Source: Eledone cirrhosa
Lineage: Eukaryota
NCBI GenBank assembly: GCA_964016885.1
Contig: OZ024741.1
Span: 72,788,001 to 72,852,000, forward strand
DNA: 64,000 nt
Direction: 5' to 3'
Below the pieces are notes generated by a model. It saw only the letters and a program-made list of their open reading frames with translations. It did not search any database and had not been told where the DNA came from. Below, piece by piece: positions 46,660 to 59,089 of the stretch (its first letter is position 1; the number at the start of each line of letters is the position of its first letter). Made by a program: the position numbers and the translations under genes.

Positions 46660-49600
46660 GGCGACCTACGTAGTAAATCGTATCATCGTGAGCTCCGCAA
46701 AGGTTTGTTGTTTTCAATTGTTAAAAATTTCCATTTATGGAAATTTTTTATTGTTAACTGTATATAAGCGCACATACATTGTTTTCCGAAAAGGACACTC
46801 AAAAAGATTGGGGCCTTGAGCCCAAAATTTAAACTTTTATAATTATCAAACAAAATTTTTCTTTGAAACATCATGGCTGACTCAGATTCAATCCTTTCTC
46901 ACAAACTAACACCTCACACCGACACCACCATTGTAAATATTACTACGTTTGCCAACACTAAAGATATAAGCAGTAGCAATATTTTAAATTTGTCTCAGGC
47001 AGACATTCATTTCCCGCCATTACCAATGACTGCAGGTGTTAAAGCCGCCACCACCACCACCACCGCCGCGACAACCACCAACCCCCACCACCACCGCGAC
47101 AACAGAAATAAAAGAAAAAAATTAATTAACTCGTGATATCGAAATGAATTCAACCAAAATGAACTCTTCCACACCGAACACCACTGACGCCACCACCACC
47201 ACAACTGAAACTAAAATTAATAATAACAAAAATAACGATAACAACAACAGCAACAATGACATTAAGAAAACCACCCTGAGTTTTGCCAGAGTAGCAAAAC
47301 AGTGCGAAGCATTTACAGTAACTCAGGAGGAATTAGAAGAAGCCAAAAAAATGGTAAAGAAAGATGGGTACAGGGTCAGCCCCCCCCCCACCTAATAAAA
47401 TGGAGCATCGGCGCCTATTCACCGTGTTTTATCGAACAATTAATATAAAATCGCGCCGAGTGGAACAGGCATCCGAGTCCCAAATCCAAAAAGCTTTGAG
47501 AGATGTGTGGGCAAAAAACCCCACATCAGACGTGGGCAGAAGTATGGAACCGTGGACGTGTTCTTTGAAACACCACAGGAGGCTAGAGAACACTCCATGG
47601 CCCCATTAAGAAGTGACGACTTCACACTCGTCCCAAGCTATTGTGGCCAGAGACTCGTAAAGATCAGGGTCACCCAGGTTCCACCGGCCATCGAAATTCC
47701 CTGGCTAATAGCTGCCGTCCTCGCCGGCATCGAAGCCAACACCAAGATAATAGAAATAGCGAAAGAAAAGCAGAAGAACTGGTCCGGATCTGGGATGGAG
47801 CTCCTGATCGAAGCGTACCAAAAAAGCCTTGAGGAGATACCAGAGGTAATAGACCTCACTGACGGCAGCCACCTGACTGTAATTGTCGAGGGCAGAAGGC
47901 CTAGGTGTGTCGTTTGTGGTGAAGGAACCCACCTTAGGGCTTTCTGCCCTCAGGCTAAAAGGATATGCCACCTCTCCTACCCACCCCAGTGACTCAACCA
48001 TCAACACCACCAGCAGCAGAGATGGCAGCAACAACTGTAGCAGCAACAACGGAAGCAACTGTAACAGCAACAACCCCAGCAACAGTAGCAAAACCAACAC
48101 CACCACCACCCAACGCGCCAGAACTAACACCAGCGCCTACACCATCCACCACGCCACAACCAAAACTAACGCCTGTGGAGGATTTTACACTCCCCGGCCT
48201 ATCACAACTGGAGACAGATTGTGACGACGAGGAGTGGGAAACGGTATCAGGAAAAAAGAAAAAAAGAAACCAAAAAAGAAAAAATTCTCTTCCTTCCCCC
48301 TCCAAAAACAAAATACAGAGGGAAACAAATAAACTATCAAACAAAAAAGTTAGGACAGACATGCCACCATCCACACCAGCATCACCAACAAAATCACCCC
48401 AAACACCAACACCATCACCATCATTAACCCCAACACCACCATCACCTATACAACAAATGTCACCAAAATGCGAAACAGAAACAAACCCACAACAAACGCA
48501 ACCAAAACAAAACAACCAAAACGATACACACTACACCGCATTAAATTTGAACAACAACCAATTATTACACTACATCCAACACAACACCAGCATCACAGAA
48601 AAAGACTACACAACAACCCAAAAATTCAAACCACCTCCACACATACAAATCACTCGCATCACACAGAAAACGTACATGACACTAAAACAAAAATTCCCCA
48701 AAGACATCGGAGACTTCCGACAAGCACTCTCCAGGAGGATTTATAATGACATCCTTCCTGAGGAGGCCACAAGCAGTGAAAAGGATGGAGAAACCGTCCT
48801 TCCTCTACGAGAAGTAAGGTAAGTGGTCTTTCCCATCTTTTCCACTCCATTTCAACATGACCTCACTCAGAATAGGCAGCATAAATGCGCGTGACTTGGG
48901 GTCCTCATGGAAGCAGGGCCACCTGCTGAACGACCTCAGGTCAGTAAACATAGATGTAGTGGCCATCAGCGAGACCATAATCTCCGAAGCACGGGCCGTC
49001 GCACCGATCATCGGCGCTTACGATGTATACGCATCTCCCAGCCATCCGGGATCGGGGGGAGGAATTGCTGTGCTTTTTCGGAGAGGTTTGGATCTTGCCA
49101 TACGGGCCATCTTCCTGGACCCAGAAGGTAAGTTGGTGGTGATGGACGTAACCAGCGGAGACGGGCAAGCTTTCAGGTTAGTGGTCGTCTATGCCCCGAC
49201 AGGAGCAGGGCAGCCTGATTTCTTCCGGCGTTTGGAGACCTTTCTTAGAACGTCCCGCTCTTTAGTGTTAGTGGGCGACTGGAACGGGATCTTAGATGCA
49301 CGCTGGGACTGTGTGGGATTAGTGGATAGGGGAGGAGGGTGCAAGATTCTCACCAACATGCTCAGGCGTTTTGAACTGTCTGACAGGTACCGATTGGATT
49401 TCCCGAATGTGCCAATGTCGACTTGGACAAATCGCATAGGGTCATCCAGATCATATCTAGATAGAGTATTTTGTAGGGAAATAGATAGGTCTAGCATAGG
49501 CTGTCCACAATTCAAGATACTCAGCTACACGGAGCACAAATTCGTGATCTGTGTGCTTCACTTAGATAGGCTTCATAGACGAGGACCCGGCTACTGGAAG

Positions 49601-52471
49601 CTAAACGCGTCCTTACCAGCGAGCAAGGACTACAGAGACCGGATTAGCGAACTAGTTAAGCGAGCGTTGACGGGGGCCATCGTCAACAACAAGTGGTGGT
49701 TTGCTCTGAAAAGAGCAATTAGAATAGAGTCAATTAGGTTTAGTAAGGCTTTAGCAATAGAGAAAAATAGAGTAGAGGGAGAATTAGTTAGAAAATTAGA
49801 CGAGGCGCTTAGCAAAGGCATCGCGACCGACGTGCTTGCGGCGAAATTGGCCCTTGACCAATTCTTCAATGCAAAGCACGAAGGCTGCGTTGTCAGAGCT
49901 AGGGTACATGCTCTCAGACACGAGGGGACGAAAGCCGTTCAATGGGCCCGAGTGGCGGAGGCGCGTCGTGGCAACAAAGCCACGATCCGGTCTTTGGTGG
50001 ACCACGACGGGCGCATGCTACTCGATCCCGGGAAAATGTGTGAAGCTTTTCAGCGACACTTCGCACAGCTGTTCGGGGGCAGCGGCGGGCCGGATCGAGG
50101 GATGGACTTTAGTGTCTACCTCGATGGACTGCCGCGGCTCTCGGCCACTGAGGCGGAGTGTTGCGAAAAACCGATAACAGCCGCTGAAGTAGGGGAGGCA
50201 ATGACTGACTGCAAAAGGGGTAAATCTCCTGGTTTGGAAGGTCTGCCCTATGAACTTTGCGTACAGATGCCAGACTTGTTCGGAGGCCTCTTGGCGGACG
50301 TCTACTGCAACGGGCAACAGAACGGGAGAATTCCCAGCTCTGTGAGTCGAGGAGCTGTGGCGCTGCTGAGAAAGGATCCGAACAAGGGGGATAACAACGA
50401 TAATTTCAGGCCCATAACTCTGCTAAACACAGATTTCAAGATTTTGGCCAAGGTGCTAGCAAAGAGGTTGGCGCTTGTCGTTGGTGGTCTGGTGGGAGAG
50501 GTGCAGACGTGCGCCATACCCGACAGATCCATCCACGACAACCTCCACCTCATGCGATACATCATAGAGAGGGTAGCTAGGGAACCTGGCACGGGTGGGT
50601 CCTTGATCAATTTAGATCAGTCGAAAGCTTTCGATAGGGTCGACCATCGTTACCTAGAGGCAGTCCTGACGGCGGCTGGCTTTCGGCCCGTCTTCAGAGG
50701 CTGGTTCGCTGCCATGCACAGCGACATCTACTCTGTGGTGAGAGTTAACGGTCACCTTTCGGAACCGTTCAACATCATGCGCTCGGTCCGCAAAGGATGT
50801 CCCCTCTCGTCCTTCTTGTACGTATTGACTCTCGAGCCATTACTGCACAAACTGGAGACGTTGAGGGGGGTCCCGCGCGAACTAGGATGCGGAAGATCCG
50901 TATCAGCATATGCGGACGATGTCACCGTAGTGGTGTCGAACGCCAAACACATCGAAGAGATCGGCACTACACTAAGAGAATACGAAGCGGTGATAGGAAA
51001 AATCAGTGGGCCTGCAACTCGGCACCTGGAGAGGAAGGTCCATACCGTCCAACAGCGTCGTCGGGCGCTGGACGGACAGACCGGTTAAATTGCTAGGGGT
51101 ATGGTTCGGTCCGGACCTCCAGACGGACAAAAACAGGGACGAGGTGACGAGCAGGGTGGCTTCTCTCACCCAGAAATGGGCGGAGAGGAAGCTATGCCTG
51201 AAAGGTTGAGCGGAGATGGCTAACGCGTACATCGCGTCCGTCATCTACTACCGCCTGACCGTCGTACCTTGTCCTAACCCCCGCCTGACTGCGCTGGAGC
51301 GTTTGCTCTTTCGCTTTTTGTGGAAGGGACGCGCTCCGATGGTCAGGCGATCCATCTGCTGTCAACACCCGCTACGTGGAGGGCTGGGCATGCCGTGGCT
51401 GATGATGCGCAGACACGCGCTCAGGCTACGACATCTCCACCTCTTCCTCGATGGTGATCAGCAGTGGTCGCCGTTTGCTAGACACGTCTTTCCCCAGCTC
51501 GTCTCCTTGACGGAACTGCAGTCCTGGGTCAAGCGAAGACCGAGAGGGAGCGCTTGGGGACTGGAATGTCTTCAGGCGCTCACAGCCCTCGACCAATCGG
51601 GCAATGTGATCGGTGGAAACTCCACCTTGGCGTTCCATAGAGGATTAGTGGAGGGGAAGAGCGACGACGTACTTGGAGAAACTCTAGACGTCGACGAAAA
51701 TCAACTAGCCAATCTCTTCGGAAGGACTTTCGGGCCGGGGCCTATGGACAACTTCCAGAAATCCCTGGCCTGGCAGTGCTACCGAGGAGCTTTACCAGTT
51801 CGGGATAAACTCTACAGGCATGGAGGTGCCGTCAGCCGGGCATGTCCGAGATGCGCGCAGGGCGACGAAACCGTCCTGCACGCACTCGTCTAGTGTCCGG
51901 GCATTGCTGACTTGTGGGTTTATGTCGAACACCTGCTGTCCATCATGAGGATTGCCCCGCCCTCTTCCTTTAGCCGGGAAGGGCAGGCAGTTTTTATCTG
52001 TCTGGTGGCCATGGCGAAAGAGATAGTATGGTGGACACGTTTGAAAGGGCTGAAGACGAGCACTTACCTCTTCGGTGATGCCCTGATTAATTTTTTCAAA
52101 TTTCATTTGAAAAGGAAGATCAGGCTAGAGAGGGATGTGCTCTCTTCCCAGCATTTTGTTGAAAGATGGGTGAGAGAAGCAAGTATGGCCCGTGTGAATG
52201 GGCCTACTCTGAGTATGTGTCTGTAAATTAAAGGTGGAAAACTGGGAGAGGGCACTTGCCCTGGTGGTCAGAGTCACTTTGTCCTTTTAATGGGCTTTCT
52301 CCACAAATGTCTCTCGGAAGTCTCCCCCCCTATTGGGGAATTTTTCATTTTATTTTTTATTACATCCTCTGTTTTTTTACGCGCAGAAATGCCCATTTGT
52401 ACCGTCCTGTATTATCCTGTACTGTCCGTAATGTCTACTTTATGTAAATCTTTGTGGTTAATAAAGAAAGC
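46660..52471 (+). mobile_element. Tx1-like retrotransposon, unit 5 (pseudogenised; divergent 5'UTR/ORF1, closely related ORF2)
   Basis: Different 5'UTR (ggcgacctacg...). Frameshifted ORF1 46873-48822 with knuckle CVVCGEGTHLRAFC. ORF2 48857-52226 is close to units 1-4 but has deletions and stops. Followed by (ATT)7. Confidence 0.92.
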
Positions 52472-52492
52472 ATTATTATTATTATTATTATT

Positions 52493-53830
52493 AGTCTCAC
52501 CCAAAAATGGGCTGGGAAGAAGCTATCACTGAAAGGTCGCGCGGATGTGGCGAATGCGTACATCGCGTACGTCATCTACTACAGCCTGACCGCCGTGCCT
52601 TGCCCCCGTCCGCACCTTGTCAAGTTGGAACGGCTCCTCTTCAAATTCTTGTGGAGGGGACAAGTTCCTTTGGTGAGGCGGTCCATCTGCTGCCAGCACC
52701 CTCTACGCAGAGGGCTGGGCATGCCTTGGCTAATGATGCGCAGACATGCGTTGAGGCTGCGACATCTCCAGATATTCTCCCTAAACGGTGAACAGGTATG
52801 GTCGCCCTTTATCAGACGGGCCTTTCCGCAGCCCATTTCTTTGACTGAGCGGCAGTCCTGGGTCAAGAAGAGACCGAGACTGTGTGACTGACACCTGGAA
52901 TGTTGCCAGGCACTCACTGCCCTCTACCAAGCGGGCAATACGATCAGTGGAACTTCCACTCTCGAGTTCTATAGAGGATTAGTGGTAGGGAAGTGAGATG
53001 ACGCACTCGGAGAAGCTTTGGGCCTCGACGAAGTCGAACTGACCAGTCTGTACCGGAGGACTTTAGAGTCGGGGACGATGGACAATTTCCAGAAATCCCT
53101 CGCTTGGCAGTGCTACCAGGGGCACTGCCGGTTCGGGATAAACTCTACAGGCACGGAAGTGCTGTCAGACGGACCTGCCCAAGATGCTCACAGAACGACG
53201 AAACCGTTCTGCATACACTTGACCAATGTCCGTGCATTACTGACTTGTGGAGTTATGTCGAACAGCTACTGTCGCGTGTGGAACGAATCCGGCTATCGGC
53301 CGAATCCATAGTGAAGATCGACCCGCCGCCTTCCTTAGGTCAGGAAGAGCAGGAAATTTTCCTCTGTCTGGGGGCAGTTGCGAAAGAGATTATATGGTGG
53401 ACCAGATGAAAAGGACTGAAGACGGACACTTTTCTCTTCGGCCAATCCCTCATCAACTTCTTCAAGTTTCACTTGCAAAGGAAGGTGAGGGTGGAGAGAG
53501 AAGTGCTGCCCCCAGTACATTTGCTAAATGGTGGGTGAATGTGGCGAGAATGGCTCGTGTGAATGGGCCTACTCTGACCATGCGCCTATAGGCTAGCTAA
53601 CTTGAGGAGAGGGATGCTCTCCCTGGGTGCCCTAGAAGCGTCGGGTGATTCGGGATTCGGGGAATTTTTTTTGTTATATTTATGCATAGTTTATTTTATA
53701 ATTTTATATCTTCATTGTTAAATTAGTCTTGCCATTGTACACTTTTACTCGACCTTATTGTAAACCCCCCATTGTCCCTGTCTTTGTATTGCCCCCTACA
53801 TGTCGGCCCTTGTGGCTAATAAATGAAATC
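52493..53830 (+). mobile_element. Tx1-like retrotransposon, unit 6 (5'-truncated, diverged subfamily)
   Basis: Starts at SLTQKWAGKKLSLKGRADV; CPRCSQNDETVLHTLDQC; several stops and frameshifts. Distinct 3'UTR ending ggcccttgtggctaataaatgaaatc-(ATT)n. Confidence 0.9.
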
Positions 53831-53850
53831 ATTATTATTATTATTATTAT

Positions 53851-54058
53851 GGCGGTGGATTGGCAGTATCGGTAGAGGGTCGGACGCCATGCTTTCCAGC
53901 ATAGTTACGTCCCTTTACGATCTGAGTTCAAGTCCCGCCGAGGTTGACTTTGCCTTTCATCCTTACGGGGTCGATAAAATAAAGTACCAGTAATGCACTG
54001 GGTATTTGCTGGCCTTGTGCCTAAAGTAGAAACAATTATTATTATTATTATTATTATT
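53851..54058 (+). mobile_element. tRNA-derived SINE with ATT tail, embedded in the ATT tract
   Basis: A-box-like tggcagtatcgg (53861), B-box gttcaagtcc (53926), 3' ggccttgtgcctaaagtagaaaca, then (ATT)8. Confidence 0.8.
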
Positions 54059-56400
54059 GTTCTTTGAGTCTCAGTCATTGATGTTAGTTAACTGGAAAGT
54101 TTGTTGAAATGAATATCAAGCCACTACCTGCAGCCTCAGATATTCAGGACGTATCGGAGGGTTCTTGCTGTTCCCAGCAAGCATGCCTTTTGAAGCGTTC
54201 CAAAAAGCGTGGCGGGACCAATTTTCTTTAACCATTCCTGGAAACTCCTTGAGATAGTACCTAGTGCGCCTATGACAATCGGGACCACTTTGACTTCATG
54301 GCAGTTCCAAATCCTTTTTAACTCCCACTTTAAGTCCTGGTATCGGCTAATTTTCTCCCTCTCCTTCTCTTGCACTCTCGTGTCGAATGGGCAGGCCACA
54401 TCCACAATCAGGCACGATATTTTTTTCTTGTCCAAAACCACCAGGTCAGATCTATTGTGTTCCAATTTCTTGTCCGTCTGTATCCTAAAATACCACAGCA
54501 CCTTCACCTGATCGTTTTCTATCACCGACTCTGGCTTATGCTCATACCACTTCTCAGAATGTGGTAAATTGTTTACTTTGCATAGGTGCCAGTGGATCAC
54601 TCTGCCCATTACATTATGTCTCCAGCCCTTATAGTGAGTCTGGGCTAGGTGTTTACACTCGGATACAATGTGAGCCACAGTCTCCTCTCTCTCTCTCCAC
54701 AGATCCTGCACAGTGGGCTAGCCTCCTCCTTGTAAATATGGTGTTTCAACCACTTCGTTTTGAGGGCCTGCTCTTGCGCAGCCATTAGCATTCCTTCTGT
54801 AGCCTTTTTAAGGTCTCCTCTTTTCAACCAGTTCCATGTCTGTGGATCTCTGAATTCGGTTTTCTCAAAGAAGGTACTATGAAGGGATTTTTCATGAAGG
54901 CTGCTCTTTCTCCTCGTTATTTCCTCCTTGGACATCCCCTGGTCTATTGTCCTCTCCTTCAGTACAATTCTGAGCATTGGCTCCTTACTCTCAGTCACGT
55001 ATTTGTGTAGGTTGTTTTTCTCCATCTGAACACAGTCCTCGATGCTGATAAGACCTCTTCCACATTCAGATCTCCTTAAGTAGAGTCTATCGACATCACT
55101 CCTCCTGCCTGGTCATTATGGTTAACATCCTGCTCCCATATTCCTCTCCAGAATGTCTTAGTTTGTTCCGCCTCAGGGATCAAGTCGTTGCCTCTTTCTT
55201 TCCCTTCAAGCTGTCCAAACAGCATCTTCTGGTTGTTGTCAAACATGCGGTTCTGTCTATACTGACTGACTCTGCTCTCGTATCGCCTAATTGTTGCACT
55301 CTCTGCTACAATGTGTTGCTTCAGTTCCTCTATGATAATATTTAGCTTTTTCCTCCTAGTTTTGTACTTTATTTCCAGTCTATTTTTAGTGTCCATGTTT
55401 TTTAGTGTCCCATTCAGTAGGGACTCAAGCTTTCCAATGTCATTTCTCATTTCCCTGATTTGACCATTTAGTCGTTTCTTCCACCAAGGTTCTGATCTTT
55501 CTTGTTTGTTGTTTTCTCTCGCTTTTATGCCAAGTAATTTCCTCACCGCATTTGCTGTTGCTTTGAGGATATTGTTGCATTGGTGAAGGCTCCTCGCCTC
55601 AAGGTATGGGATGACTTTGTTTACCTTAGCTGTTGTTTCTTTTAACTTTTTCCTGTCTACAAATCTTAGGTTCATAGGTTTCCCACTATCATTGTTCACT
55701 TCATCTACCACTAAGTTTAGGATATCAACCAAATCTTGTCCTAGCCCGTCAGCATTCATCTCCTCAATGGCCGTATCTTTGTTCCAGGTATTATTTATTT
55801 CAGCATTCAGATCATTGTCTGCTTCGGATGGTTCCTCCGTTCTCTCAACCTCTTCACCTTCATTTCCCACTGGCTCGTTTGCCTGGCATACTCCACTCCC
55901 CATTTCCAACCTAATCTCTCTGCTCAGTTCCTCCAGTTCCAGCTCGCTTATCCACCCATTAGTTCTTATTACCCGAGCCTGCCCGGGCAATTTTTGTTCA
56001 TTTAATTTAAATAGACCAATCTCATTCCAGATGTCATGCATCCGTTTCCTATAGCCTTTCTCCTTGGAGTTACTCTTCAGGTAACATTGCATAACAGTTC
56101 TATTCAATTCTTTAGTCCAGTTGGTTCTGGTCCCTTTCCTTCTTCTTCTTCCTCCGACACCAGCAGTACTTGGTTGACAGCCAGGTCCCTGCTGCTGAGC
56201 CAGGGACCACCTGCTGGGTGAGAGTCTGTCACATGACATTCCAGTCTCCACTTCACCGTTATTCGAACTGTTTAGGTTCGACATTTAAACACTCTTATCG
56301 AGATTTGGTGAATGTATGGTTACATAACCACCGGGGATTTCATGAACTCCGGTGATTTCATCACCCCCGGTGATTTTAGAGTGGCACTATCACGCTGTAG
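54059..56400 (-). mobile_element. R4/Dong-like RLE non-LTR element with the RT domain internally deleted
   Basis: N-terminal region (WTKELN..VMQCY..KGYRKRMHDIW; PWWKKRL; IRRYESR..QYRQNRMF..NQK; FWRGIWE) is joined at ~55105 directly to post-RT SDVDRLYL..GRGL, AAQEQAL, CRIC..ETVAHIVSEC, RH, NR(S)DLVVLD..VDVACP..EK...Y. The 3' end abuts (AAT)n. Confidence 0.85.
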
Positions 56401-56489
56401 ACGAACATAAATAAACAAACAAACAAATAGGTAAAAAAACAAATAGGTAAAAAAAAAAAAAATTATTATTATTATTATTATTATTACTA

Positions 56490-56521
<32 letters not shown>

Positions 56522-57172
56522 GCATTTATCTTGCTTTATGTTCATACGAGTTATCACCAAGTCACAACCAGTGATCTCAAGAGACAACAAGGTCCGCCAT
56601 GTTCAAGAAAGAACATACATATTCACACATGCATCTTTAGTGTTTAGACTTGTGATGTACTTATATTGACAGAATCTTCCTTAGTATATGGGCAGTTCCC
56701 ATTAGTACTATCTTTTGTATTTCTCCTATACGCGGGTTTCCTAGGATTTGCGATATGTAATCATTAGACCCCTTAGGTATCATTCCCAGAGCGCCTACAA
56801 CCACTGGTATTGTTTTAGTTCTCAATTTCCACATTTTTCCAATTTCTATCTCCATGTCCTTATACTTGCTCAATTTTTCAAATGTTTTTATAGATACATT
56901 CTTGTCTATTGGAACAGACATATCAATTAGCAGGCATACCCTCTTTCGAAAGTCCTTCAATATTATATCAGGTCTATTTGCATCTATTTTTCGGTCTGTT
57001 TGGATGCTAAAGTTCCACAAGATTGAGATGTGATCTTTTTCAAGTATGGGAGGTGGTTGATGCTCCCACCAATTCTTTTGATGGGGCAGGTCAAAATGCT
57101 TACACATTATCCAATGTATGTATTGTGCAGCTCTGTCATGCCTGTTTAGGTATTCGGTTGGAGCTATAGGAC
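56522..57172 (-). mobile_element. 5'-truncated R4/Dong-like RLE element (endonuclease domain + 3'UTR) between two (AAT)n runs
   Basis: EYLNRHD, NRPDIILKD, IDMSVP, EKLSKYKD, PVVVGALG; stop at 56661. ATT runs at 56462-56521 and 57173-57253. Confidence 0.88.
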
Positions 57173-57255
<83 letters not shown>

Positions 57256-57605
57256 ATCATCATCTTCATTGCGTGCTGTCACTGTATTACCGAGCATAGC
57301 TCCGTGGACCTTGTGTGTGTGTAGTGTTATAATTTTGGTATTGTAATGAAAGTAATCCTCGTAATATGCGCAGTAGTGCTATTTTCAGTATGTTATACAT
57401 ATTTTAAATCCTTTGGTTTAATTATGTATCTCTTTCTGACTCTGTCTGTCAGTTTCTCTCTCTCATTCTTTCTCTCTCTCACTCCCTCTCTTCCCCTCTC
57501 CATCCATCTCTTTCACTTCTCTTTCTTTCTCTCTCTGTAGATGTTTTATCATTCCCAGAACACTTAGAAATACAGTGACTGTTTCTGATTTCGTTATCCA
57601 CATTC

Positions 57606-57825
57606 GAGTGGTTGTTTCGTAGAATCGTTAGAAGGTCAGAGAAAAACCATGCGGTGTTTGTACTGACTCTTTAAGATCTGAGTTCACATTTAACCGAGCT
57701 CAAACTTGCACTTTCATAATTTGAAGTGGGTGGGTTTATGAGTAAAATAAAATGAAAGTGAAATATTTGGGTGATATGACTGTTACGTTTCCTTAAATTG
57801 CTGGCCTTGTTTCTTTGCTAGAAAT
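57606..57825 (+). mobile_element. Old copy of the ATT-tailed tRNA-SINE family
   Basis: gaatcgttagaaggtc, tctgagttcac and aaattgctggccttgt...tagaaa resemble the 53851 copy. Confidence 0.5.
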
Positions 57826-58541
57826 ATATATTTTAAAATCTAAGACAAAGTGGGCTCCACAGAGAAGTTCACGTTGAAAAATGAAAAAGAAGGCGGATGA
57901 GAATGGGGATAAGGGAGAAGATGAGTATGAGGTGGAGGAGGAGGAGAATGAGAAGAAGGAGGATGAGTATGAGGAGGAGGAAAAAACCAAGAAGAATAAG
58001 AACAACAACACAAAAAACACCAACATGGATATGAAATAAAAAAGGAGCCAAACCTGAACGTTCGGTATTTGAAGCTAGTAATAATGGTTGGAGTTGCTTC
58101 AAGCCAGAATGGTATTGTGGTATTGTAGAACTGAATAAAAGGTAATTACGTAGTTCCTTTGTGGCGGGAAATTTACTAAATGTCATCGGAGAGGAGAAGA
58201 AAAATTATAAAATACGGCCATTTTGGACCCTTCAAGCAACAGTGTTGCGTTTCATCTTTCTCAAGCTGACATCTTTGTCTTTGTTGAGAATATCTGTGAT
58301 TGTTGTTGTTATAGATTTTTGTTGTTGATGTTGTTGTTGCTGTTGATTGTTACAGATGCTTGATCATCATCATCATCACCATCACCAGCCTCATCATTAT
58401 CAATATTATTATTATCATCATCATCACCATCACCAGCCTCATCATTATCAATATTATTATTATCATCATCATCGTCATCCACCTCCTCTTCACCATTTCA
58501 TGATTTCATCTTCGCATTTATATTCTTACACATAGAAACAG

Positions 58542-58624
<83 letters not shown>

Positions 58625-59015
58625 CACACACGCACACACCCATTTTAACATAAAACAGTGTTAGGAATTCTTTGGGCTAAAATATTTTTCTACTTGAAAA
58701 ATATCGAAGACAGAAAACTAACAAAAATAAACAAAAGAAAATCAAAAAGAATGAATAAATAAATAAAACGCAAAAAAAAAAGCCTAGAAGACTCCTAAAA
58801 CACATCTAAGAGAATACCTTTGTGTTATCTGGCTCGCGGTTTCAACTATAGCCTAACATGACAAAGTAGCTTCAGCAAGATACACTGGTATGCTACCATG
58901 CGAACAACGGCATAAAGCTGAACATAAAATATCTAGTATATATCTTTGTACGGATGTATACATGTATATATATATATATATCTTAATCATTTTGCATATA
59001 TATATCTTTATTCTT

Positions 59016-59049
<34 letters not shown>

Positions 59050-59089
59050 ATATATGTATATATGTATATATGTATGTATGTATATGAAA

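Noticed and set aside
22389-53591. Numerous short antisense and alternate-frame ORFs repeated in each unit
   Set aside because: Shadows of GC-rich ORF1/ORF2; they recur only because the units are near-identical.
53851-53940. tRNA gene
   Set aside because: A and B boxes are present but there is no cloverleaf; it continues into a SINE body and ATT tail.
58363-58470. His/Tyr-rich ORF with a 48-bp duplication
   Set aside because: CAT/TAT microsatellite-derived local duplication; no evidence of coding.
58820-58890. Possible minus-strand hammerhead (CUGAAGC...GAAA)
   Set aside because: The core and stems I and III do not fit; too degenerate to call.
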